Assembly: GCA_965240325.2 (NCBI GenBank)
Contig: OZ251233.1
Location: 124,001-188,000 of the forward strand
Reading direction: 5' to 3'
Length of the DNA stretch: 64,000 nt
Source of the DNA: Rebecca billardiae RCC1528
Lineage: Eukaryota > Protista > Haptophyta
The position numbers and the translations under genes were made by a program. Positions 49,926 through 61,891 of the stretch are shown here, piece after piece; position 1 is the first letter of the stretch, and each line of letters opens with the position of its first letter. The notes under the pieces were generated by a model that was not told the origin of the DNA, did not search any database, and was given only the letters and a program-made list of their open reading frames with translations.

Positions 49926-51043
49926 TTGCGCGACCCCGCCGGCCGAAGAGCGGCTGCGCCGCGAGCTGCGCGCGGGCGCGTCCCCGTCCCCCGGCTCCGC
50001 GCAGCACCGCGAGCGGCGCAGCTCCGCCGACGGCGCGCCCGCCCGCGCGGCCGACCCGTCAGCGGACGCGCTGCTTGCGGCGTGCAGGGCTGAGCGCGCG
50101 CAGCTGTATGCGCGCGCGGTCGCGGCGGAGGACCGGGCGGCGGTGCTGCAGCGCATGCTGCGCGCGGAGTGCACGACGCTCGACCACGCCGAGCACGCGC
50201 TGCACCTCGCGCGCGCCGTGCACGCGCAGGACCGCGCCGCCCTCCTCGGCCGCGCGCGCGCCGCTGAGTGCAACGAGGCCGCGCTGCGCCGGCGCGCGCT
50301 CGTGGCGCGGGCGGTGCTGCTGCGGCACGCGGCGTCGGCGCCGGCGGGTCTGGACGCGATGGGCGGCGGGCGCGGGCCTCCGCCGAGCGCGACGGGCGGC
50401 GCCGAGCACGCCGCGTGCGCCGGCGCCCCCGCTGGCGCGGCGCCCTCGGCCCACGCCGCGCTCAGCGCAGCGCTCGCGCAGCTGCGCGCGCTCGATCTGG
50501 GGCCCGAGATCGAGGCGCAGCGCCTCGATCTCGGCGCCGAGATCGAGGTGCAGCGCCTCGATCTCGCGCGGGAGGTGCGGCTCGGGCTCGGACCGGAGCA
50601 CCCGGACGCGCCGCGCGGCCGCTCGCAGCCCGGCACGCCGCTCGAGCCGCAGGACGAGTCCGCAGACGACGCGAGCGAGGACGCGAGCGAGGACGCGCGC
50701 AGCTGTGTGTCCGCGGCCACCGCTGTGCCCGCAGGCGCGCGCCGCAGCGTCGGCAGCGCGGACGGCGGCGCGGACGGCGGCGCGGACGGCGGCGCGGACG
50801 GCGGCGCGGACGGCGGCGCGGACGGCGGCGCGGACGGCGGCGCAGCGCGGCGCGACGGCGCTCGCGCCTCGGCGGAGGGCGCGAGCCACTCGGACAGCAG
50901 CTCGGCGTGCACCGAGCTCGCGCCCTGGGACGGCTGGGACGGCGTGCTCGGCGATGCGCCGGACGACGACATCGCCGCCGCCGAGGCAGCCGCCGCCGCC
51001 GCCGCCGAGGCTAGCGCGGAGGCCGGCGCCGAGGCCGCTCGAA

Positions 51044-51075
<32 letters not shown>

Positions 51076-54000
51076 ACCGCTGCCGCCGCCGCCGCCGCCG
51101 CCGAGGCAGGCATCGAAGCATCGGCCAAGGCGGGGCCAGCTGCGCGCGGCACCCTTGTCTCTCCCGCCGCGACCGCGCCCCGTGGCGCGGCAGTGGCCCC
51201 GCCTGAGACGGCCGGGCCGGGGCCGAGCCCACGCGCGCAGGGCGCAGCAGGGGCGGCGCGCGCGGCGGCGGGGAGGGCGGCGGCGGCAAGGGCGGTGGCA
51301 GCTGCGGTGGCGGCGGCGACAGAGTCGGTGGCGCTCGCGACGGTGGTGGCGATCACGGCGGCAGCAGGGCCGCCGCCTGCGCCCGCCTCCACCGCCACCG
51401 CTGCCGCCGGCCTCACTGCCGCCGCAGCGGAGGGCACAACCGCCGCAGCGGCGTGGCCGCAGGGCGCCCACGCTCGCGTGCCGAGGCCCGCACCTCCGCC
51501 GCACAGCGCCGAGCGCTCGCGGCCCGCGCTGCACGTGCTCGCGCCCGACCGCCCTGCCGTGCGGCAGCCTGCGCCGCACCCGCCGCTGCTCGACGCCTCG
51601 CTCGAGCAGCCGCCGCCGCCGCCGCCGAGCGCGTGGCAGCCTGCGCCGCACCCGCCGCCCGCGGCAGCCGCCGCGGCGCACGCGCAGAGCAGCCAGGGCG
51701 GCGGCAGTCCGGCCCCGCAGCTGAGCCGCGAGCCGAGCGGCGCCTCCACCGACCAGCGCAGCGCCAGCTCCTCCGGCTGGCCGAGCCGCCAGCTCAGCGC
51801 ACCCTCGAGCGAGCAGCTCAGCGCACCCTCGAGCGAGCAGCTCAGCGCACCCTCGAGCGAGCAGCTCAGCGCACCCTCGAGCGAGCAGCTCAGCGCACCC
51901 TCGAGCGAGCAGCTCAGCGCACCCTCGAGCGAGCAGCTCAGCGCACCCTCGAGCGAGCAGCTCAGCGCACCCTCGAGCGAGCAGCTCAGCGCACCCTCGA
52001 GCGAGCAGCTCAGCGCACCCTCGAGCGAGCAGCTCAGCGCACCCTCGAGCGAGCAGCTCAGCGCACCCTCGAGCGAGCAGCTCAGCGCACCCTCGAGCGA
52101 GCAGCTCAGCGCACCCTCGAGCGAGCAGCTCAGCGCACCCTCGAGCGAGCAGCTCGAGCGCGCGGCCGCGCCCAGCGCGGCCGAGTGTGCACGTGTCATA
52201 GCGCGTGCGCGGCTGGCCCCCGGTGCGCACACGGCCTCTGCGCAGCCGCCGGCGCCGTGCGCGCAGGGCAGCGAGGCTGGCTCGGAGGCGGACGACGCGG
52301 TGGCGGCGGCGGAGGGCGCGGAGGAGGCGGCCAGCCCGCTGCCACCGCCGCCGTACGCCGCGCTGCTGCCCGAGCGCCGCCCGCCCTCACCGGGCGAGGC
52401 GCGGCGCACCGGCGGCGCCCGCGCGGGCGGGGCGGGCGCGGCCTCGGTGCCGAGCGAAGCCGCCGCTGCTTCCGCCGTCACCGCCGCCGCTGCGGCCGCT
52501 CCGGGCGAGACCGAGCGCGACGCGCTCAGCCGACGGGCTGTGGCTTCTGCCGAGCTTCCGGCCGGGGCGGCGCCGGCAGCGGCGGGCCCCGCCGCGCCCG
52601 CGCCCCCCGCGCCGCCAGCTGGCCATGCCGCGCGCGCGGCCTCCTGGCGCGATGGCTGCGCTGAGAACGACCCGGACAAGGGCGACCCGGACGCGGACCC
52701 GAGCGCCCGGACGGAGAGCGAGGCCTCGCAGCACGACGCGCAGCACGACGCCGGCGCGGCGGCGGCGTCGGAGCACGAGGACTCCGATCGGGCCGAGGCG
52801 AAGGACGAGGCGGACGCGGGGGCGGACGCGGGGGCGGACGCGGAGGCGGAGGCGGAGGCGGAGGCGGAGGCGGAGGAGGCGGGGGCGGAGGCAGAGGCGG
52901 AGGAGGAGGACGAGGAGGCGTGCTCTTCGCCCTGGCCTGCGCACCACCCGGCGGCCTCGGCGCCCTCGGCGGCGCATGCCCCCACGGCGCCGCCCTCGCC
53001 GCCAGCGGGCGCGCCTCTCTCCCAGCCTCGCTCTGCAGCTGAGCCTTGCTCCCAGTCTGGGCGCGGCGCCGCTGCCGCGCAAGCAGCGGCAGCCGGCGCG
53101 TGCACAACACCGACACCGTGTGCGGGGGCGGCGGATGGCGCGCGCTGTCTGGGGGAGCCCGCGCGCGGGGCGAGGGCGGGGGCCGCAGAGCCGGCCGCGC
53201 CCGCGGCGGCGGCGCGGAGCGTCTCGTCAGCCTCGACCGCGGGCGCCGCCGCCCCGCTGCTCCCGCGGGCGCCGCAGTGGCCGCGCGCACCGCTCGGCGC
53301 GCGGACGGCCGCAGCCGCGTCGGGCGCAGGCCAGCCGTGCTGCGACACGCACGCCGCGGCGCCGGCAGTGGCGATGCCGCAGCCGCCCGCCGCTGCCGCT
53401 GTCGCGTGTGCAGCCGAGCCGGCCGCCAGCCCAGCCGCGGTCTCTGCGGAGGCAGCGTGCTCCACCAGGCCGTGCGCGGGCGCTGCGCCGCCCGGCGGCA
53501 CGCCCGGCGCGGCGTGCACTGCGCCCGCACCTGCGGAGGAGGCTGCGGAGGAGGCGGAGGCGGAGGCGGAGGCGGAGGCGGGGGCCGGTGCCGCGCGGGG
53601 CGCCGCGTCGCCCGTCGGCGCGCGCGCGTCCTCACAGCAGGCGCCTGCGAGCGCTGCCGGAGCGGCCGCGCTCGACGGCGCCAGTGGCGGCGCGCGGCCA
53701 GGGGGCCCCGCTGCCCTCAGCCCCGCGGCCCTCAGCCCCGCGCAGCCCGGCGCGCCGCCGTCGCCGCGCGAGGGCGCGGCGAGCGTGGACGCACCGCCGC
53801 ACCCGCACGCGCCGGCCGGCTCGGCGCAAGGCCCGCTGGCCACCGCGCTCGGCGCGCGCGCGGACGCACGGACGCACGCGCGGGCGGCTGGCGCGGAGGG
53901 CGCGCGGCCCGAGGCGCGGACGCTGCTCGCCCTGGCGGCGGCCGGCGCGGACGCGCCGCACACCCGCCGCCGCGCGTGGTGCGTGCGCGTCGCGGCCGCG

Positions 54001-54798
54001 GCCACGGTCGCAGGGCTGCTGTGCGCTGCCGGAGGCGCCGCGCCGCACAGCCTGCAGCCCGAGCAGCTGGCGCGCGGCTGGGTGGGCGGCGGCGGCGCCG
54101 TGCACGCGTCGCGCGCCGCGCCCGTCGGCAGCGCCGCCGCGCAGCTGGCGCCGCCGCTGCCGCCGGGGTACGCCGCAAGGCAGTGCGCCGCGCCGCTCCC
54201 CGGCCCATCCCGGCTGGAGCAGCTGCTGCTCTGCGCAGACGCCCTTGGCCCAGCGCACACGCCGGGGCACCGCGCCACCGGCCCGGCAGGCGCGGAGCTC
54301 GGCTTGAGCCTGGGCGGCGGTGGCGCGCGGCCGTGGCCAGCAGCGCCGGCGGCGTCGGCGAGCGCGGACGGAGCTGGGCGGCGCGCGGCGCATGTGTCCG
54401 AGCCCTCTGGGCAGGCGGGCGGCGCGCACCGTGCGGAGCCCGCGTCGGCGGCGGCCGACACGCCGGAGCCTCGCGCGCGCGGCGCCTCGGCCAAACCGGC
54501 CGGCTCTGGCTCTGAGCCCGCCACCCAAGAGCCCGCCGTCCAGTCAATGGTCCAGTATGGCCCGCTGCCAGGCCCGGCATTTGGCCCGCCGGTGCGGCCG
54601 GGCTCGAGGCCGCGCGCGCCGCCACGGCGCGAGTGGCCCGCGGCGGCGGCGGCGGTGCGCGCACCGCGCGGCGGCGGCGGCGGGCGTGCCAAGCGCGCGC
54701 GGCGGCGGCAGCGCGCTTCCTCCGCGGCCAACTCGACGCTCTGGGCGGCGGGCGGCTTCCAGCGCGAGTTTGCAGACGTGGTGCTCTGGTGCGGCTGA
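49192..54798 (+). CDS. Large low-complexity hypothetical protein
   Basis: Long open frame from ATG 49192 with TP/SP-rich N-terminus, a coiled-coil segment, acidic tracts and internal tandem repeats. It ends before an AT-rich spacer. Confidence 0.6.
50761..50843. repeat. 12-bp coding repeat (DGGA, ~7 copies)
   Basis: Tandem gacggcggcgcg units. Confidence 0.9.
51790..52155. repeat. Perfect 24-bp coding tandem repeat, 15 copies (QLSAPSSE)
   Basis: cagctcagcgcaccctcgagcgag repeated with no spacers. Confidence 0.97.
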
Positions 54799-55283
54799 GA
54801 CGTGATTCGGGCGGCAGATGATATGTCGGTCCGCACGCTCTAGCCACACAGACAGGCCCGTGACGTCGTCGTCGTCGACCGCGCGTCGTCGCGAGTTGCG
54901 ACTCATTCAGTCTCATAGCAGCCGAGCTTAAATATTATATGATGATTATTTGCTGACGATGATATGATCGACGATGATCGATTGCGCTCAACCCGCCTTT
55001 TATTTGGGGCGGCCGGTTGGTCCACTTCGAGTAGACGCTTCGGGGAAGGTACCGCCAGTCGTGGCGTCTGATGTCCGGTTCATCGGCAGTGCTGGGGGTC
55101 TCACACTGTAGTACGACGACATTTGCTGGCAGTGATCTGGGCGCCTAACCCGCCTGGCCGCCTCGGCTGCTATGCCAGGCTCGGCTATGATCAGTCACAT
55201 TTGCTATCATCACTATACATCAGCGCAATAATATATGTCGTCGCGTAACGTCGTAGAATCTTCATCTGTTAATTATATATATA

Positions 55284-55649
55284 TGTCTAGCCGTCCTCGT
55301 GAACGCCGACGCCAACTGCTGGCCGAAGGTGGGCACGCCGCCTGGCATGTCGATGCTGAGGCTCGGTGCACGCGACGCGCCACCCGCGTGCGAGCCGCCG
55401 CCGCCGGCGACGCAGGTGACGAGCTTGGCTGGAGCCACCTCGCACGCCGCGCCTGGCGAAGCAGGCGGCAGAGGCCGGCGCCGGAAACCGATCTCCTGGG
55501 CGGCAGAAAAACCCGGACAGACTGTTTGTCCGGGAGCAGCCCTTTGAGGCGATGGTCTGTTACAGGGCGATGTGGCTGATGAGCGGCGCTGGCGCCCGGC
55601 GTTCTTGTCGTCCTCTTAGACAATCAGTTATTGTACCAATAAGCCCACA
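55284..55649 (+). mobile_element. Dispersed TGT...ACA element (366 bp) inserted in TA-rich DNA
   Basis: tata|tgtctagccgtcctcg ... cttagacaatcagttattgtaccaataagcccaca|tata. Its termini are shared with 61105-61773. Confidence 0.7.
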
Positions 55650-56766
55650 TATAACAAGTTGATGCAGCACACATATCGTCGTCATGATGCATTGATGCTG
55701 CTGATGATGATGACGCTGATGCAGCGACAGATGCATCGGATGTGCAGTAGACCTGCGCCTGCGGCTGCCCAGTGACTAGTGAGTACTGCTAGTGGCCCAG
55801 TGCCTGCAATGCTCGGTGCGGTTGCGTGACGGACCAGCATGAGCATCATTATATTGCGCGCGCATGACGACGCGCATCATCGTCATGCATGACGACGAAC
55901 ATGCATCGTCATCAGCATCAGCTGACTGTGAGCAAGCAGGTGGCGTTTACTTACAGATACTACAGTCATCGTATGATACGGCCAGATGCCCGGCCAGATG
56001 GTGGCGGGTCGTACATATTCCGGATCCGATGGTGGTCACTCGGGCCAGCAGTAGTGGGTCGCCAAATCGCGTGGCGTGGTCCAGTGAAGGCTGCTACTAC
56101 CCCTGGCCAGCTTGCTAGCCATGCCGGTCGTTGATCACCCCGCCGTTGACAGGCGCGCACACGCCAAGCGCAATCGCATGGCAGTCGTGTCGAACGGCGG
56201 TCGCACTCAACTACCGCGCAGCCAACATTGATCGTCAGACTCACGACTTGTAAGATCAGGCAGAACATTGATAGGTCTGCACCCTCGCCTGACATGCCCC
56301 GGAGGTCAACACAGCCATCAGAAGGGTGATCCTGCCCGCTACTTGCCCATCATTTTCATGCATGCGCAGCCTCATGCGCGCCGGTCACTACGAAGTACGA
56401 TGACGTGGACGTGGACGTGAGAGTGGTCAAAAAGTCCGAAGGGAAGCTGTCACGCATGCCCACATGCTCGTACGGCGACGCCGACCGGCGAGCGCAACGC
56501 CCCCCTCCATAAAACGTCGTCGTCCGCCGAACTCTCCGACTAGGCGCCGATGCGACAGCGCGCCGAGGCCCGAGGCGGGTTCATTTTCATCGCGGCTCAA
56601 CTTTCAACTTTGGTGCACCTTGCCGTGCCAATCAGTTGTACTGTACGACTTACCCAGGAGTTGAGTGCTCGACCGCGCCGGGCGCGCCTCTTTTCGAGCA
56701 CCCCACGGCCTTCAGCCTCCGCCGTCCAACGGCCGCCGCCCGCATCCGACGCCCCGGAGGCGGAGG

Positions 56767-57331
56767 ATGCCGCACGCGTCCACGCTGATGCGGGTCGCTG
56801 TGCTCGTCGCGCTCGTTGGGCTTTCCTCGGCCCAGAACCCCTCGCCACCGCCCTCGCCACCGCCCTCTCAACCGTCGCCACCTCCTTCACCGCCGCCGCC
56901 GCCATCGCCGTCACCACCGCCCACTCCCATGCCGCCGCCTTCGCCGCCGCCGCCGCCCACACCGCCGCCCTCGCCACCTCCTTCGCCACCACCACCGTCA
57001 CCGCCGCCCTCGCCACCGCCGCCTTTGCCGCCGCCCTCGCCGCCCTCGCCGCCTGCGCCGCCTGCGCCGCCGCCGCCGCCTTCGCCCTCACCGCCGCCGC
57101 CGGCGACACCACCTTCACCGCCGCCCTCGCCACCACCAACGCCAACGCCGCCGCCCTCGCCACCACCTTCGCCACCGCCACCGTCGCCACCGCCCTCGCC
57201 ACCGCCACCCTCGCCACCACCGCCGCCGCCACCACCACCGTCGCCACCACCATCACCGCCGCCCTCGCCACCTCCACCGCCCTCGCCGCCGCCGTCGCCG
57301 CCGCCCTCGCCGCCACCACCGTCGCCACCAC

Positions 57332-57362
<31 letters not shown>

Positions 57363-58684
57363 ATCGCCACCGCCACCCTCGCCACCACCGCCGCCGCCAC
57401 CACCACCGTCGCCACCACCATCACCGCCGCCCTCGCCACCACCGCCGCCCTCGCCACCGCCCTCGCCACCGCCGCCGCCGCCACCACCACCATCGCCGCC
57501 ACCTTCGCCGCCGCCACCCTCGCCACCGCCGCCGCCGCCGCCGCCACCGTCGCCACCGCCATCACCGCCGCCCTCGCCTCCGCCACCGCCACCGCCGCCA
57601 CCCTCGCCGCCGCCCTCGCCACCACCTCCGTCACCGCCGCCGCCGCCACCGCCTCCGTCGCCCCCGCCATCGCCACCGCCGCCTTCGCCACCACCACCAC
57701 CGCCGCCGTCGCCGCCCCCATCGCCGCCGCCGCCCTCGCCGCCGCCACCGCCACCACCCTCACCGCCACCATCGCCGCCGCCACCCTCGCCACCGCCGCC
57801 ACCACCGCCATCACCGCCGCCCTCGCCGCCGCCGCCTTCGCCACCGCCGCCGCCACCACCGTCGCCGCCGCCCTCGCCACCGCCGCCCTCGCCGCCACCG
57901 CCGCCGCCACCCTCGCCGCCGCCATCGCCGCCCCCTCCGTCGCCGCCGCCTCCACCGCCACCGTCGCCACCGCCCTCGCCGCCGCCCAGCCCGCCGCCCA
58001 GCCCTCCGCCCAGCCCACCACCGAGCCCGCCGCCGGCGCCACCACCATCACCGCCTCCGAGCCCGCCGCCCAGCCCACCGCCATCTCCACCGCCGCCGAG
58101 CCCACCGCCGTCTCCGCCGCCGCCCTCGCCACCGCCCTCGCCGCCGCCCTCACCGCCGCCGCCCTCCCCACCACCCTCGCCGCCGCCACCGCCCTCGCCC
58201 TCGCCGCCGCCGCCTTCGCCGCCGCCGAGCCCACCGCCAAATCCGCCGCCGAGCCCTCCGCCGCCGCCGCCGCCGCCGCCGTCGCCTCCGCCTTCGCCGA
58301 CGCCGGCGCCTCCGCCCTCGCCGCCCAGCCCACCGCCGAGCCCGCCCGCGCCACCCCCGTCGCCACCGCCACCGTCACCGCCGCCGGGCCCGCCATCGAC
58401 GCCGCCGCCGCCGCCACCGCCGCCGCCCTCGCCGCCGCCCTCGCCGCCGCCCTCGCCGCCGCCACCGCCGCCGCCCTCGCCCTCGCCGCCGCCACCGAAC
58501 CCGCCGCCGAGCCCGCCGCCCATGCCGCCTTCGCCGCCGCCGAGCATGCCGCCGCCGCCGCCGCCGCCGATGCCTCCGCCGAGCCCGCCACCGCCGCCGC
58601 CGCCACCGCCCTCGCCGCCGCCGTCACCGCCGCCGGCGCCCCCGCCCTCGCCGCCCAGCCCACCGCCAAGCCAGCCTTTGCAGC

Positions 58685-58715
<31 letters not shown>

Positions 58716-60843
58716 CAGTCCGCCACCGCCCTCGCCTCCCCCGCCCCCACCGCCCCGCCCTCCGCCGCCTCCGGCGCCCCCCGCGCCGCCACCAAGCCCG
58801 CCGCCACCGCCGCCGCCCCCAGCGCCGCCGCCCAGCCCGCCGCCGCCGCCGTCGCCATCTCCGGACGCCAGCTCGCCGCCGCCACCCTCGCCCTCGCCGC
58901 CGCCGCCCAGCCCGCCGCCAGTGTTCGCGGAGCCACCCAGCCCGCCCACCGCGCCCTCGCCACCGCCGCCGCCGCCGCCGCCCACGCCGCCGCCCGTGCC
59001 GCCGCCGAGCCCGCCGCCGCCGCCGCCGCCGCCCATGCCGCCGCCGAGCCCGCCGCCGCCGCCCTCGCCGCCCACGCCACCGCCGAGCCCGCCGCCGCCG
59101 CCCAGCCCGCCGCCGCCTCCGTCCGCGCCGCCCGTCCCACCGACGCCGCCGCCGCCCAGCCCGTCGCCGCCGCCCAGCCCGCAGCCGCCATCCGCGCCGC
59201 CGAGCGGCAGCTACTCGACTTCCGCCGACTTCACGCACTGCCTGTACGAGGCGGCGCAGGGCGGCGTGCTGTGCAAGAGCATCGCCGACTGGCCGGGCGT
59301 GGGCGGCACCGTGCCGACCGAGCTGGGCAAGCTGAGCGGGCTCGAGGCGCTCGTGTTGCGCCACGGCCTCACCTCGGGCGATCTCCCCACCGAGATCGGG
59401 CTGCTCACGCGGCTGCACGATCTCGAGATTGTGTGCGACGGGCCCGAGTGCGGCGGCGGCGGGATGACGATCGGCCGGCTGCTGCCCACCGAGATCGGCC
59501 AGCTCAGCGCGCTCAACGACCTGAGTCTGGTCAAGGTGCTGAGCAGCGGCTCGACCATCCCCACCGAGATCGGGCTGTGCACCGATCTCGAGCTCGTCGA
59601 GATCTCGCAGGCGTCGCTGGGCGGCACGCTGCCCACCGAGCTGATGCACTCAGGCATCACCGAGCTGCGGCTGAGCGACGTGGGCGGGCTGGGCGGCACG
59701 ATCCCCACGAGCATCGGCAACGTGCTCACCGACCCCGCGCCGAGCACCGCCCCCGAGGGCTCGCTCGTCGAGCTGAGCGAGCTGCGCGGCCTGACGGGCA
59801 CGCTGCCGACCGAGCTGGGGCGCTGCAGCGGGCTGGGCGAGCTGCGCGTGAGCGGCGCGCTCAGCCTGATCGGCTCGCTGCCCACCGAGCTCGGGACGAT
59901 GGTGTCGCTCAGCCGGCTCGACGCGCCGAACAACGACCTCGGCGGCGCGCTGCCCACCGAGCTCGCGCGCCTCGCGACCAAGGCGCCCGTCGTCAAGCCA
60001 GACGGCTCGGTCAAGCCGGGCTCGGGCGGGCAGCTGGCCGCGCTCGACGTGTCTGGCAACCGCATGGGCGGCACGCTGCCCACCGAGTTTGGCCGCGTCA
60101 CCTCGCTCTCCGAGTGCACGCTCGACGACCCGTCCAACGCCTACTTCACCGCCCTCGGCCTCGAGCCCCACGACAACTTCTTCAGGCCCAACCCCACCGC
60201 CCGCTTCGCGCAGGGCTCGAGCTGCCAGCCGACCGAGCAGTACGCCTCGCCGCCCTCGCCGCCGCCCGCGCGGACGGAGCCGCCGGCCGAGGGGCTGGAC
60301 GTGGAGGGCGAGCTGCAGCTCGGCGGGGACCCCTCGCTGTGTCGCAGCCAGGCGTTCAAGGACGGCGTGTGCGCCGGCCTCGCGCGCGGCGTGGGCGCGC
60401 AGCAGAACCGGTGCGAGGTCACCGGCTGCCGCGGCGGCTCGGTGATCGTCTCGTACCGCCTCAGGCAGGTGGCGGGCGAGTACGAGGACGAGATCGCGAT
60501 CTCGGAGAAGCTGTCCGACATCGCGGTCAGGGTGCTGATCGCCGACTACATCTCGCAGAACACGGGCGTGCTCGTGAGCGCCAACTCGATCACGGTGCTC
60601 AGCGTCTCGCAGTTTGGCTTCAACCCGCCGCCGCCGCCGAGCCCGCCGCCGGCGTCGCCGCCGCCCGAGCCCGAGACCGACTCTGCGCAGACGCTCACCG
60701 ATGCCGAGCTCGCCGGCACGCTCCTCGGCGCGGTGCTCGGCTGCTGCTGCATGGGGGTCGGGGCGTACCTGGTCTACGGGTACTACCTCAAGCAGCGGGA
60801 GCAGGCGGCGGGCGCCAGCGCCCCGGCGATCATGCGCGCGTGA
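56767..60843 (+). CDS. Extensin-like (Ser-Pro-n) and leucine-rich-repeat single-pass membrane protein
   Basis: Signal peptide MRVAVLVALVGLSSA, about 800 aa of SPPP(P) repeats, plant-type LRRs (GGTLPTELG, LDVSGNRMGGTLPTEFG), TM LAGTLLGAVLGCCCMGVGAYLVYGYYL and a short tail. Confidence 0.88.
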
Positions 60844-61104
60844 GCAGCGCATCCTGCTCATCAGCATGAGCGCCGCCATGTCGTCATAATCATTGTCAAG
60901 CTGATCAGCATCGTCGCGGCGCATGCGGCAATTCTGCACCGCAGCAGTGCGCGCCGGTCAGCATTACGTACCGGGCTCAGCAATCGTCATATCCTCGATG
61001 TCATCGCGTTGACTACGATCGATGCTGATCTGATGGCAATGATGTCTGCAATGTCGTCATCATGAGGACGACATTATTTAAATTGTTATATATATATATA
61101 TATA

Positions 61105-61773
61105 TGTCTAGCCGTCCTCGAAGCGCCTGCGCCATCCAGATGCAGCGAGGAGGCGAGGCACACGCCGGGCAGGGCGGAGCCACGCTGCGAGATACCAGAC
61201 TCTATACATTGAATAAGGGATTTTTGTTCCTCGGAAACAAAGTGCGAGCGGCAGCCGCTCAGGCCGAGCGCGCGGCAGGACTGGCCGCTCGACGCCGTGC
61301 AGCTCGAGAGCCGCCAAGCCGCACGAGAGCGAGGCACGAGGCACCATCGTGCAGAGGCGGGCGCCCTGAAAGATGCAGGCCCAGAACAGCTGCAGCCATC
61401 AGGACAGTGGGCGCTTCCGAAACGAAGGGCGTCGTCCGCTGCGTGAGCGAGAGAGACACAGGGCCGCGTCGGTCGGCTCGGCGCCAGATGAAAGAATCCA
61501 GGCCACCAATTGGCTGTCCAGAGCCACCATGCCAACCCGCTCAAAGCTCAGCGGAGCAGCACAACGAGTTAGCTAGTTCTGGGCCGTTGCGCGCGAGCAC
61601 AGAGCAGGCTCGAAAGACCCTCGTGGCACGAGAAGAGGGTGGCCAAGATGGCAGCCGGACTTGCGCTCGGCCGCCTGCCTCGGGCCGATTGGCAGGCAGG
61701 TGTTGATACCATACGGTGCATTGCGCTCCCACCGTCCACTTAGACAATCAGTTATTGTGCCAATAACCCCACA
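61105..61773 (+). mobile_element. Dispersed TGT...ACA element (669 bp) inserted in (TA)n
   Basis: (ta)n|tgtctagccgtcctcg ... cttagacaatcagttattgtgccaataaccccaca|tata. The 3' ~200 bp also matches 12450-12698. Confidence 0.75.
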
Positions 61774-61891
61774 TATACTGATGACGATCGATATACCGTT
61801 ATTATATGTGCGCCGATATCATCCGCCGCCAATCCGACTCGACAGATCCGCGCGCGGGCTGCGCGGCGACCGCGCGCCACGCATCGCCCGG

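Noticed and set aside
51790-52155. CRISPR-like array
   Set aside because: The repeats are contiguous with no spacers, lie in a coding frame, and there are no cas genes in this eukaryotic context.
49248-54836. Long antisense and alternate-frame ORFs (also 12934-15876, 29922-33149, 56550-60869)
   Set aside because: Stop codons are scarce at this GC content. These are Arg/Ala-rich shadows of the real genes with no recognisable motifs.
54980-56450. Possible ncRNA genes in lower-GC intergenic patches
   Set aside because: I found no tRNA, snRNA, SRP or rRNA signature by eye. An Rfam/Infernal scan would be needed.
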